Position numbers and translations under genes: made by a program. A stretch of 64,000 nucleotides of DNA from an uncultured virus (IMG/VR IMGVR_UViG_3300030388_001635) (lineage: Duplodnaviria > Heunggongvirae > Uroviricota > Caudoviricetes > Crassvirales): IMG/VR virus record IMGVR_UViG_3300030388_001635, one strand, 5' to 3'. Shown here one piece after another: positions 47,701 through 56,878 of the stretch (its first letter is position 1; each line of letters begins with the position of its first letter). The notes under the pieces were generated by a model. That model was not told the DNA's origin. It was given only the letters and a program-made list of their open reading frames with translations, and ran no database searches.

Positions 47701-49252
47701 GATATGGATTGCCTGTATTAATTCCGGAGGTATATGCAAATAATGTATCTAATGTATTAGGCATATCACAGTTCCATATGTCTGTCCATGTAGTGCCCAA
47801 TGTACAAGCGTTTGCTATAGCTTGATTTACTCCCACAGCTCCAATTAAAGCTTGAAATTCAACTGAGTTAATCATGTTGTTTACACTAGTATAGTTTGTT
47901 GCTAATGTAAAAACAAAACTCATGTCTACATTATTTACAGTTGAACCCGGAGCTGTACCACCGGTAAAACTATCATGATTAAATGTAAAATCTAGTGTAA
48001 ACTGAGCTCCTACTTTTAATAATAAATTTGATAAATCTATTGATGCAACAGTTTGTGCAATAGTTACTGAACTTCCACTAATAGTATAATCACCATCTGA
48101 AAGTGTTGGCGTTACGTCAGAAACACCAATTGATTGACTGACTAATGTAGGTGTGTAAGTAAAATTACAAACCTCTTTATTTACATCAACTAAATCATAT
48201 CCTTCATAATAATTTCCGTAAATTAAACGATTACCAATTAAAGTTTGTGCTTTTGCTAACAAAGGAACATTATCATATAAACGTCCTAATTGGTCTACAG
48301 GTAATATAGTAAATATTTGATTTGAATCAAATACTATACTTACCTCTTCATTATCATTATATCCTTCTTGTATTTTTACAAATTTATCTATAACATTTAT
48401 TAATGTACCACCTGATTCTTTAAATAATACTTCTATAGATTTTACTAAAGAACTACCTGTGTTAAAAGATACGTTTACAGTATTTCTATTGTTTAACATA
48501 CCGTCATTTAAGATATCACCGTTTAATAAAAAACCTTTAGGCAAAAAAGCAGGTTTAGACCATTGAGATGTTGCCGAAAAATCGTCATCAGAATATTCAT
48601 ATCTGTAAGCAAAACATAAAAACTTGTTTTCTAAATAATTATTACTAGCTTGACTTTGTATTAATGTTATAGGTGGACTAGCAATAGGTGGTTTTTTTAT
48701 AACCAATATTGATTCAGCTGTAAATACATCTATTAAGTTAAACGGGTTTTCATAATTTCTAGTTACGTTAAAAAATCTTGGAGGATTTATATTGTCTGTA
48801 AAAAATATTAAATTTTCTACTTTATTAATCCCTGTAATTAAATTAGCAGGATTAAAATTTAAAGTAGTGTTTACTCCTGATGCACCTTCTTTTAAAGATA
48901 TTAAATGGTATGTTGTTGTATTAGATTGTACATCAAAAGAAACTATCATATCAAGTTTTCCTGTTGTCCCTACAGTATAAGCAGGGTCATGTACAAAAAA
49001 GTAAATAGTTTCTTCTGCACCATCTTCAAAAGCTCCAATACATCTTGCCGATGCACTTAAAGCTGTTCCATTGAATGAAAGTGTAGTTATTTGAGTATTT
49101 CCTTTTGAGTTTTCTACTGAACCTATTTCTGATGCCTCTGTTGAGCCTAGCCTTACATTTAACGCATCTATATATTGTCCATTAGGAATTAAGCGTTCAT
49201 CAACGCTTTTATTCATTTTACCTTGTATAAAATTTCTTTGAGTAGTAGCCAT
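44756..49252 (-). CDS. Tail stabilisation / tubular protein B-like (1498 aa)
   Basis: FIQGKMNKSVDERLIPNGQYIDALNV, FFTDNINPPR, FAYRY, YDNVP..AKAQ, GNRLIYGNY, YGISNNPES and YFTD.KRGAVL. Confidence 0.85.
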   Translation of the reverse strand: MATTQRNFIQGKMNKSVDERLIPNGQYIDALNVRLGSTEASEIGSVENSKGNTQITTLSFNGTALSASARCIGAFEDGAEETIYFFVHDPAYTVGTTGKLDMIVSFDVQSNTTTYHLISLKEGASGVNTTLNFNPANLITGINKVENLIFFTDNINPPRFFNVTRNYENPFNLIDVFTAESILVIKKPPIASPPITLIQSQASNNYLENKFLCFAYRYEYSDDDFSATSQWSKPAFLPKGFLLNGDILNDGMLNNRNTVNVSFNTGSSLVKSIEVLFKESGGTLINVIDKFVKIQEGYNDNEEVSIVFDSNQIFTILPVDQLGRLYDNVPLLAKAQTLIGNRLIYGNYYEGYDLVDVNKEVCNFTYTPTLVSQSIGVSDVTPTLSDGDYTISGSSVTIAQTVASIDLSNLLLKVGAQFTLDFTFNHDSFTGGTAPGSTVNNVDMSFVFTLATNYTSVNNMINSVEFQALIGAVGVNQAIANACTLGTTWTDIWNCDMPNTLDTLFAYTSGINTGNPYPGVGAIQSTVVGNVVSFQFPAMVWVDNIATPTNTVFEFFTIAIASATWQDISETESLHSDRDYSLGIVYMDEFNRSSTAILAPNSTVHVSCGLSDTKNTITANIPVDMKPPFWAKRYKFVLKPSAGSYETIYCNQFFNDPASVASYFLLEGENAQKVSEGTRLSVKSDTSGPLLRCATTVVLEKKAQAEDFIELPNVLTIPAGVYVKMNTNDFNAVVDPKSSFSRKRSDFTDNSGTSSFVTVSFAEKLYQASPSTNIDIPAGSKVRFEFEFKRRGTGDGNNNCNRRIYKLEINVVSNAAYTDIINFWVGENIAQYLNDGSWTGGSTSAANPPNNTYLATVATPTFAVSELGPTRAQAQMSGFNAGDLDNNKWRFVINQTNGEIFLACTGTISCSGVGQRDKRRSTATVEYTIFRTDDTMIFETEPQPAIQDVWYEGDQSYPIIPSTGLHGGGTNAQILAGNRTQTTTVSAIIKTTLFNCYAFGNGAESIQIRDSIQGPEVFIGNRVITVAEQDYREAHRFSDLTFSGRYSDEANVNRLNEFNFSTQNFKNLEDSFGPVQKLFGRKTDILVLQEDKISYVLAGKNLISDAAGGGAITTNPQVLGTQIAREEVYGISNNPESFVCYGYDKYFTDSKRGAVLQLKGTSAQNEKLTVISESGMRGWFRDLFIDSFSTQKLGGYDPYMNEYVLGSNCIKLPAEAQTEKCGITTQYDLLEPAEPQSFTVELGEQVGIVTLAWLAPILGGGTTFTIDAVYNGTTFTSGPITSSSSLTFDKNSLTVTTAFITVSAQGGNVGGLSLTVSCPAAPIIKVRTIVVTSSANANALITRYYGYSQGSYSGPLISQQIPFVSGSFVPLVSSYIETTGGQGTASIPVNGSIVQLGTVLKPNDDYVFNVAQDKFGFLRSDTNYQNNPASINALFDEIQSVSQFLTTDVTLAPQKYFSTFTMPNDTTEYLYLVYDLRTATQLQMCYSSTDASDACCGC

Positions 49253-49255
49253 ATA

Positions 49256-50179
49256 TTACTTTATCCATTTATCTTGACCTCTCATATTTTGTATAAGACG
49301 ACCCGGATGAATATTACTTAATCTAATTTTAGCATTTCTTAATAAAGCACTTTTGTTTTTCTTAGCTCTATTAACAATATATTCTTGAACGCCTAATTTA
49401 CTATTTAATATTGCATATTGTATGTATGCATAAACATAATCTTCAAACATTTTATTAACTGTAACTAAACTGTCATCTCCATTTTCCATACCATCAGTAA
49501 TATATTCTAAAATACACAACTGATTATTCATAGCAGAACTAAAATTAATTACACCTGCTTTTTTATCTATACGAAATGTAGGATTGGAATTAGCTGTTTC
49601 TGTGTTTAATCCCCAAGATGCACCTATACTCATATCAAAAGCCCATGCACCATTTATATTATAACCCATTCGCCCATTAAAAGGTGAGTTTTGTTGTATA
49701 TACATTGTTCTTTGTGTGCTAGCTAATCTTTCTTTTGTAAACTCTGAATTTTCAGGTTTTAAAATATTGCCATTTTGGTCAAACAATATGTTTGCATTAT
49801 TATCTTGCAGATAAGCTGATGCACTATTAATTTGTATGTTTTCTTGCAATGGTCTTAAAACACCATTTATAGATAATGATATTCTCACCCAACTCACATA
49901 ATCAGCGGGTAAGGTAAATCTTAGTTGGTCTCCAACTTGTAGTTCTAATGCTTTTATTTCTTTAAATGCATCATAATTTAATTCCATTACAGCTCGTTTT
50001 GCATGAAATAATATTTTGTATCTTTCTTCGTTATTTACTAAAGAATGATTTCCATCATACATTAATAAAAAGTTAGTCACGATATCAGCTAAACTTACAT
50101 ACTGATACGAACCCCAATTAGCATCCTGTGGAGTTGTATTATCGTTTGTCCAATATTTATATTCTGATATATATGCCAT
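49256..50179 (-). CDS. Tail ring/adaptor structural protein (307 aa)
   Basis: LPADYVSWVRIS and LEYITDG motifs; synteny. Confidence 0.7.
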   Translation of the reverse strand: MAYISEYKYWTNDNTTPQDANWGSYQYVSLADIVTNFLLMYDGNHSLVNNEERYKILFHAKRAVMELNYDAFKEIKALELQVGDQLRFTLPADYVSWVRISLSINGVLRPLQENIQINSASAYLQDNNANILFDQNGNILKPENSEFTKERLASTQRTMYIQQNSPFNGRMGYNINGAWAFDMSIGASWGLNTETANSNPTFRIDKKAGVINFSSAMNNQLCILEYITDGMENGDDSLVTVNKMFEDYVYAYIQYAILNSKLGVQEYIVNRAKKNKSALLRNAKIRLSNIHPGRLIQNMRGQDKWIK

Positions 50180-50919
50180 TATTGTTCGTCTTGGTTTTCA
50201 ATTTGTTCTTGTCCTAAAGCGTATTGAACAACTTCAGTTTCTCTAATTTCCATTCCTGCAAATTGTAAAATTTTATTTACTAAATCTTGAAAGTAATCTA
50301 ATGGAAGCTCAAAATCTTGATAACTTGGAGTTATACTAAATTGCGGTTGTTGTGCAGCTCCTAATGATACATATGTCCATATAGGAGTAGCGGGATATCT
50401 TATGTATTGAGCTTGTAATTGATTTGCTGCGTTTATAGATGATGGAAAAATAGTTAATGTAGATGATTCGGTAGTGTACGCAGGGTATGTAATTGTTGGT
50501 GCTGTGTATAAAGAATTGTTCAACAAAGTTATTTTACTGTGACTAGCTCTTTCAGCCTCACCCGTAAAAGTAACACCATCAGCTTTAAATGCTAAAACTT
50601 TATTTATAAAATAAAAATCTGAACCCGTTGTTACTACTGAAGGAAGTTGATAGGTATTAATACCACCTATATTAGTCAATGCAGCTGTTACCGAAAACAT
50701 ATCAATAACTTCTACTAAACCTTTTTTTATGTCAGCATATCCTGTTCCTTGAGCTCTTGCATTTTCTTTATTTACCTGATTGTTATATTGATAGAACACA
50801 TCCTCAAATAAATCTAACTGAGCTTGTTGTGCATATAAGTTAAAATCAGTAGGTGTTAAGTATCCGTAATTATTCTTATTTAAGATAGCTAAAACAGCCT
50901 CATATACTTGTTGAATCAT
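50179..50919 (-). CDS. Tail tubular protein A-like / ring protein (246 aa)
   Basis: ILNKNNYGYLTP.DFN..A.QAQ, YIRYP..P.W and DFELP. Confidence 0.7.
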   Translation of the reverse strand: MIQQVYEAVLAILNKNNYGYLTPTDFNLYAQQAQLDLFEDVFYQYNNQVNKENARAQGTGYADIKKGLVEVIDMFSVTAALTNIGGINTYQLPSVVTTGSDFYFINKVLAFKADGVTFTGEAERASHSKITLLNNSLYTAPTITYPAYTTESSTLTIFPSSINAANQLQAQYIRYPATPIWTYVSLGAAQQPQFSITPSYQDFELPLDYFQDLVNKILQFAGMEIRETEVVQYALGQEQIENQDEQ

Positions 50920-50934
50920 TTGTAATCTTTTTTA

Positions 50935-50942
50935 CAAAGATA
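50935..50942 (-). promoter_or_regulatory. -7 element TATCTTTG for the tail operon
   Basis: CAAAGATA on the top strand, directly after a terminator. Confidence 0.65.
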
Positions 50943-50945
50943 ATC

Positions 50946-50977
50946 AAAAAAAAAAGAGGCTTAATTATTAGCCTCTT
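50946..50977 (-). terminator. Intrinsic terminator
   Basis: AAGAGGCT/AGCCTCTT stem plus A10. Confidence 0.8.
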
Positions 50978-50987
50978 CTTATATTAA

Positions 50988-51734
50988 TTAGTTTTCTAAT
51001 CGTTTTTCTAAAAGTTTTAAAGCTTCTATACCCTCGTCTGATTGAAGATATGATGCCATTATAAATAATGGGTCTTCACCAAATGGTATTGTAAGCATTC
51101 TTTTTTTATTAGAAGTAGTATTAAAATGTACATCCCTTTTATTGTTTTTAAATATCAACAATTTATTATCTACAAACAATTGAACTTTTGACTGCAATAT
51201 TAACATTGGGTCATTAGTCATGTTTAATAAATCTGCAGGGTATTTTCTTGCAAACACAAGCATATCTCTTTTTAATTCAGATGTTGAGATTTTACTTATA
51301 TCTCCAAACAATACTCTACCAATCATTTCTAATTGAGATAAAGACATTTGTCTTGCTAAAATTAATGCATCCACTTCTGAATTCATTATATCCACATCTT
51401 CTTGCGCATCTTTTGCTTGATTTATTACTTCAAACTGCACTCCGAAACCCGGATGCATATTTAAAAATAATTGTAACACTTGATTTGTTCTTGGTACTGC
51501 TAACATCCCATCTTCAAAAATAATAGGGTCTAAAACCACATTCCCATCTTGTTCATCTATAAATGGAGATTTTTGATTTTTAGCATAACGAAGAGGTCTA
51601 TTAATACCTTGTTCTTCATCAAAATGCATTAAGGGAAATCTTTTACTATGTTGGGAAGCCAACATGTATGATAAGGGAGTTTTATCTCCCGCTAGTCTGT
51701 AGACTTGGTCTACGAATTTGTTGCTTTTATTCAT
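50988..51734 (-). CDS. Conserved hypothetical protein downstream of MCP (248 aa)
   Basis: RYAKNQKSPFIDEQ and IIFEDGML motifs; synteny. Confidence 0.75.
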   Translation of the reverse strand: MNKSNKFVDQVYRLAGDKTPLSYMLASQHSKRFPLMHFDEEQGINRPLRYAKNQKSPFIDEQDGNVVLDPIIFEDGMLAVPRTNQVLQLFLNMHPGFGVQFEVINQAKDAQEDVDIMNSEVDALILARQMSLSQLEMIGRVLFGDISKISTSELKRDMLVFARKYPADLLNMTNDPMLILQSKVQLFVDNKLLIFKNNKRDVHFNTTSNKKRMLTIPFGEDPLFIMASYLQSDEGIEALKLLEKRLEN

Positions 51735-51757
51735 TTGATTATAATTTAATTAAAGTT

Positions 51758-51787
51758 AAAAAAAAGGGGAGAAATTAATCTCCCCTT
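51758..51787 (-). terminator. Intrinsic terminator after MCP
   Basis: AAGGGGAGA/TCTCCCCTT stem plus an A-run. Confidence 0.85.
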
Positions 51788-51801
51788 AATAATTGTTCTA
51801 C

Positions 51802-53256
51802 TTATGCTTGAAATAAGAAGAAATTGTTAGCACCTAAAGTACAAACACATCTTTCAGAAAGGTAGTTGACTGTCATAGCATCTAACTCTTGATTTTGTGC
51901 TCCACCTGCTGAACCTGTAATCCAAGACTTGTAACGTCTATCTTCAGTTTCAGAAGCTCTGTATCTAACATGTAAGAAAGGTCTCTTAGCGTTTTTACCA
52001 AGTATTTGGTCATAAACAGTAGTTGAACCTGCAGGAACTAAAAGTCCATTGATTGAACCACCTACTAATCCACCTCTCATTGTTGGGTCATTTAGATATT
52101 TCCACTCTGATTTGTAAAAGTCATAACCTCTTCTAAATCCTGTGAATCCTAAATTTAACGCCATTTCTTCATCGTTGTCAAATAATCCGTAAGACGAACC
52201 ACCTGCACCGTAAGAATTTTGAGCTGCTAACATATCATCTATATCAAATGAGAAGTTTCTATTAACGAATATTACGTTTTCTTCAATAGAACCTTGCTTA
52301 TCTAATCTTGAGATAATGCTATCAAAACCTGCTAAATCAACAGGATTTCCTGCACCCCAAATATTCCCTCTGTTTCCTACAACGTAGAATACACCTTCAG
52401 AACCTTTGTTACCTGCATCAGCATAAACAGCTTGTGTTGCCACACCTGAACCTGCTTCAGCCGGAACTGCTTCTACCATAGAAGTTTCTAAGTAATCATC
52501 AAAACGTAGTCTTGTTTCATGCTCAGACTTCATGTACCACATGTATCCTGATGCTCCGTCTTCAGTAGTAATTTCAATCCATCCAATTTGTGCCATATCA
52601 GAACCTGATACTTGGTACTTATCTTTTAAGATAATTGGAGAATTTTCAAAAATGAAATCAGAAGAAATTAATCCGCCTTCCATTCCTGTAACACCTTTTT
52701 TGAATTCAGAACCATAAATAAATACAGATACTGTTCCTGCATAAGCTGCAAGTCCTGCTGCTTCGTAAAAACTAACTGTAAAACTATCAGCTGTAACTGC
52801 AGTAATAATACCTTTGTTAGTTAATGTAGAAGCTGCAGTATCATCTGATACCATAACTGTTTGACCTTTTCTGAAACCAATCTGTCCTGCTGCTCCTGCG
52901 GGAGCTACTGAACCTGATGGTTGTCTTGCCGGGTCAATTTGAGCTACAGGAACTGTAAAAGTTTCATTAGGATTTCCTGCTGCTGCTCCACCTAATACAC
53001 ACGCTGTATATTTAATGTGAAGTCTTCCTTGTTCTGCCCATTTTATAAGGTCAGAATTTGAAGGCATTTCTGCACCAACCATTCTTAAGAATGATGATAC
53101 TGTTCTATTACCATATCTCTCAAACTCTTTTTCAAAAGTATCCGGTAGATACTGATTCAAATAGTTAAATTGAGTATTGCTAATGTAATTTGATGACAAC
53201 GCCACCTGTTGAGCACTTGGCTGCAACTGAAACGTTGGGTTTGCTAATACTGCCAT
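51802..53256 (-). CDS. Major capsid protein (484 aa)
   Basis: Follows the portal and scaffold-like genes; WAEQGRL, YQVSGSD, NLGFTGFRRGYDFY and YLSERC...GANNF; strong terminator downstream. Confidence 0.85.
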   Translation of the reverse strand: MAVLANPTFQLQPSAQQVALSSNYISNTQFNYLNQYLPDTFEKEFERYGNRTVSSFLRMVGAEMPSNSDLIKWAEQGRLHIKYTACVLGGAAAGNPNETFTVPVAQIDPARQPSGSVAPAGAAGQIGFRKGQTVMVSDDTAASTLTNKGIITAVTADSFTVSFYEAAGLAAYAGTVSVFIYGSEFKKGVTGMEGGLISSDFIFENSPIILKDKYQVSGSDMAQIGWIEITTEDGASGYMWYMKSEHETRLRFDDYLETSMVEAVPAEAGSGVATQAVYADAGNKGSEGVFYVVGNRGNIWGAGNPVDLAGFDSIISRLDKQGSIEENVIFVNRNFSFDIDDMLAAQNSYGAGGSSYGLFDNDEEMALNLGFTGFRRGYDFYKSEWKYLNDPTMRGGLVGGSINGLLVPAGSTTVYDQILGKNAKRPFLHVRYRASETEDRRYKSWITGSAGGAQNQELDAMTVNYLSERCVCTLGANNFFLFQA

Positions 53257-53283
53257 AATTTTTAATTTTTAATTTTTGTTAAA

Positions 53284-54384
53284 CTAATTTATTTTTCTTG
53301 TACTTTTAATCCTTAAACCCGAACCTGAATCCGAATTTAAAGCTCTAACTTTCATGCCTCCCTTTTGAGTTGAAACTTCAGGTGTTCTACGGACATTCAT
53401 ATTGACATTTTTTGTCTTACGAACTAATCCATCTACACCTTCAGATTTGCCTTGCTCATAAAAGAACTTAGCATACTTTTCGGGATTCATTGCAAGTGAT
53501 AAAGCTCTGTGGTAACCTTTGGCATCATCAATCATTCCTGTTTCTTGATTCATATATTTATTTATGAAATTTAAAACATTAGATTGTTTACTTTTTAACT
53601 CTGATGCATCACCGGGACTATAGGTAATTTTTTTATCGCCTAACTCAAACTCAAAACCTTTGAACTCGTTAGAAAAAACTTCATTAGTTTTTTGTCTAAA
53701 CCAATCTTGTTTTTTCTTAGTCACTTCCTCATTACTCTTTGCACTCTTCAACCTTTGCTCCTGCTCTTCTTTATATTTACTAGCTTCAGAATTTTCAACC
53801 GTTCTTGACTCAAGAGGTTGTTTATATTGTTCTTTCTGCTGTGTAAAATAATTTCTTGCTTTTACAACTGCTCTTTTCTTTGCTAACTTTTTCTTCTTTA
53901 TAGCTTTTTCATCATCTACATCTTCATCATATGTATAATCGTCTAATAACGCATCTACATCTTCAGAATCAATAGCTTCATCAGTAGCTAAAAAATACTC
54001 TGCTAACAAATTATCAGGCTGCATAGCTTCAAAATCTCTATTTAAAGAAACATAATCTGCTATACCTCTGCCTGTATCTTTTTTAAACTTTAAAAAAGCT
54101 GTAACATCTTCCGGTAAGTCAGGTGTTACTTCTTTTTCTTGCATTAACTCATCAAATGAATTAATTTCTTTATTATATCTTTTACCTAAAAAATTTAAAA
54201 CTGACTCATCAGTTAATTCTTCTTTAAGTTCGGTATTTTTTTCTTCAAGAACTACTTCTGCTGTCTCACCTTGTTCTTCTTTTAATTTGTGAGTATCTAA
54301 TAATTCTTGTTCTATTTCAGCTGTACCTTTTTCAGGTCCACTTACTTCTCTTACCTTAATGTTCTCTAGATTCATTTTATTCAT
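53284..54384 (-). CDS. Scaffold-like/head assembly protein (366 aa)
   Basis: Acidic and coiled-coil; FYEQGK motif; lies between portal and MCP. Confidence 0.7.
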   Translation of the reverse strand: MNKMNLENIKVREVSGPEKGTAEIEQELLDTHKLKEEQGETAEVVLEEKNTELKEELTDESVLNFLGKRYNKEINSFDELMQEKEVTPDLPEDVTAFLKFKKDTGRGIADYVSLNRDFEAMQPDNLLAEYFLATDEAIDSEDVDALLDDYTYDEDVDDEKAIKKKKLAKKRAVVKARNYFTQQKEQYKQPLESRTVENSEASKYKEEQEQRLKSAKSNEEVTKKKQDWFRQKTNEVFSNEFKGFEFELGDKKITYSPGDASELKSKQSNVLNFINKYMNQETGMIDDAKGYHRALSLAMNPEKYAKFFYEQGKSEGVDGLVRKTKNVNMNVRRTPEVSTQKGGMKVRALNSDSGSGLRIKSTRKIN

Positions 54385-54405
54385 TTGATTTTATTTTAAT
54401 TTATA

Positions 54406-54413
54406 CAAAGTTA
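54406..54413 (-). promoter_or_regulatory. -7 element TAACTTTG for scaffold/MCP
   Basis: CAAAGTTA on the top strand, intergenic. Confidence 0.65.
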
Positions 54414-54442
54414 CATAATATATTAGAAAAAATTTAACCCGT

Positions 54443-56878
54443 TTATCTAGGGTCAAATTCTGCCATATCAAAACCATCTAAGCTATCTTCATTAGACTCA
54501 AATGATTGAGGTGGTAAATTATTTTTCTTTTGATTTATAAGATTTGATTGTTGAGTATTTTGTTGGCTTATTCTTGCTGACTTAGATGTTTCTCTTTCTT
54601 TTTCTCTAGTTTGCATTAATTCTGCATCTACATTTCTAAGTTGCATGTTCATTTCAAATTCTTTATCCATTAAACCTGCTTTTAATTCAGCTTCAACTTT
54701 TAATTTTTCAATTTCAAAAGCAACATCAGCTTGACGATATTGCATTTTCGCTTGAGCTTCCATTTGAATTTTTTGTTGAGAAATTTGACCTGCCATTTGT
54801 TGAGACTTTAAATTTTGAGCTGCAGCCATAGCTTGCTTCATAGCTTCTTTTTTATCGTCTTCTTCTTGCTTTCGTCTTCTTTTTAATTTTAATAATTGAT
54901 TAGCTAATTTTAGATTTTTTAATTGTCTAATATCAATAGCATCTTCAAGGTTTATATCTCCTTTAGATAAAGCCATATTAATATTTTGCTCTAACAATTG
55001 TCTTTGTTCTTCATCAGGTGCTACTTCAATAAATATTCCAAAGTCATATATATATAAGTCTTGTATATCATTTAAAATAGAAACATTAAACTTGCCTATT
55101 TGATTTATAAACTCATCTTTGAAATCCGAATACTCTAAAACATCTGCAACCCTATAAGATAAAGCTTCTGCTAAAGTTCTATATACATATAAACTTGCAT
55201 CTAAAATATGTCTAGTTGCTGTGTTAGAATTTAAAGCTGCTAATTTCTGTACACCAACTAAAGCGTTAGGGTCAGGAGTAGAGCCATCTCTAGCTTCATT
55301 TAAACCTGTAACAGTTCTAATCATATCCATATAATGATTATAATTAGTAATTAACATTTGTGTTTTACTTGCACCACTACTAGATGTTAATTGTTGTATA
55401 GGAACTCTTGCTTGATTAAACTCTCCGTCTTGAGTATAACTTCTACCAACAACACTACCTGTTTGAAAATATAAACGTAAAGCATCTTCAGGATTATATG
55501 CTGCTCCCGTACCTAAATCTACTTCATTCAAACCATCAGCATCAATAAAGACTCCATCAGGAACAACTTTAGCTATTACTTGTTGGAGTTTTAAATGTGT
55601 AATTTGAATTAAATCTGCAAATGGTATCATTCTTCTAGTTAAAGATTCTATAGAACCTTTATACATTCTTGGAGCTACAGCTACATAATTAGGTATAGCA
55701 TGTTGTGAAGCGGATTTGGGACGTACCATGTTTTCTGATAACTTCCATTTTAAGATAAAATTAGTACCCATTACCATTACACCTTCATACCATACATCAA
55801 TACGTTTGCTAACTTTTTCAAAATTACCTTCTTCCATTACATCTTCAGGAGGATTAAATTGGTCATCTTTTTCAATTACCTTACTTCCTCCACCATCATA
55901 TTTTTTCTTTTTATATACAAATTCTTTAGTAGTTTTATAATTAAAATACATAAGTGTTGCTGTATCTCTATAAAAAATACTATTTTGAAAATATTGTGCA
56001 GTATTAAAATAATCATACCAACTTTGACTGTATTTACTTATTTCTTCTAAATCTTCTACAGTTAATGTTGGCTGTATTTTTATCAATTCTGTTATTGGAA
56101 CTGTTTTAATTTCGCCCCAATAAAAACAATCTTTAAAATGCTTATCTTCTGTATAACTATAAACTACGTTTGCAGGGTCTACATATGAAATCTCAACACC
56201 TGAACCTAATAAAAATTCATGTTTTGCAACTCCAATACCTAAAACAGTAATATCATAATCAATTTGTTTTCTAATATCTTCGTAATGATTATCTTGAAAC
56301 AAAGTATTAATAGCCTCTTCTTCAGCTATTTCAATAGCAGGCTTATAATTTAAATTCATATATAATGACAACTCTTCATCTGTAGTTGGCAAACTATCTG
56401 CATTAACTATAAACGGGTCTACATTAAAATCTTTTTGTATATCTTGTAATATATCTTTTGCAGCCATTTGACCTTCCACTACATCTTGATATTTGCTTCT
56501 TTTTTGTTGAGACATTGCATCTTGCGCATACGCCTGTACTTTAAATAATCTGTCAGACATTCCATTAACAACTATGTCTACAAACTTTGGTATAATTGGA
56601 ACAATAGACCAATCTAAGTTTAGATAACTTAAATCTCCATCAATTGCTAATTCGTTTTTATATTTTCCTATTGACTGTTCACCTCTTGCATAAAGTCTTA
56701 ATCGGTTGAACATTTGCCATTGACTATAATATCTACAACCAACTCCGTCTTTTCTAAACCACTCGTATTGAATAGCCTGTCCTATTTGTAACCCAAATGT
56801 TTCTGTTTCTTTTTCGGCATCTGTAACAAATTGACTAGGGAATCCTGCGGAAGTGATATCTATATTAATTTCTTTCAT
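54443..56878 (-). CDS. Portal protein (811 aa)
   Basis: Immediately after TerL; VPIIPKFVDIVVNG, TGLNEARDG and a long Gln-rich C-terminal barrel helix. Confidence 0.9.
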   Translation of the reverse strand: MKEINIDITSAGFPSQFVTDAEKETETFGLQIGQAIQYEWFRKDGVGCRYYSQWQMFNRLRLYARGEQSIGKYKNELAIDGDLSYLNLDWSIVPIIPKFVDIVVNGMSDRLFKVQAYAQDAMSQQKRSKYQDVVEGQMAAKDILQDIQKDFNVDPFIVNADSLPTTDEELSLYMNLNYKPAIEIAEEEAINTLFQDNHYEDIRKQIDYDITVLGIGVAKHEFLLGSGVEISYVDPANVVYSYTEDKHFKDCFYWGEIKTVPITELIKIQPTLTVEDLEEISKYSQSWYDYFNTAQYFQNSIFYRDTATLMYFNYKTTKEFVYKKKKYDGGGSKVIEKDDQFNPPEDVMEEGNFEKVSKRIDVWYEGVMVMGTNFILKWKLSENMVRPKSASQHAIPNYVAVAPRMYKGSIESLTRRMIPFADLIQITHLKLQQVIAKVVPDGVFIDADGLNEVDLGTGAAYNPEDALRLYFQTGSVVGRSYTQDGEFNQARVPIQQLTSSSGASKTQMLITNYNHYMDMIRTVTGLNEARDGSTPDPNALVGVQKLAALNSNTATRHILDASLYVYRTLAEALSYRVADVLEYSDFKDEFINQIGKFNVSILNDIQDLYIYDFGIFIEVAPDEEQRQLLEQNINMALSKGDINLEDAIDIRQLKNLKLANQLLKLKRRRKQEEDDKKEAMKQAMAAAQNLKSQQMAGQISQQKIQMEAQAKMQYRQADVAFEIEKLKVEAELKAGLMDKEFEMNMQLRNVDAELMQTREKERETSKSARISQQNTQQSNLINQKKNNLPPQSFESNEDSLDGFDMAEFDPR

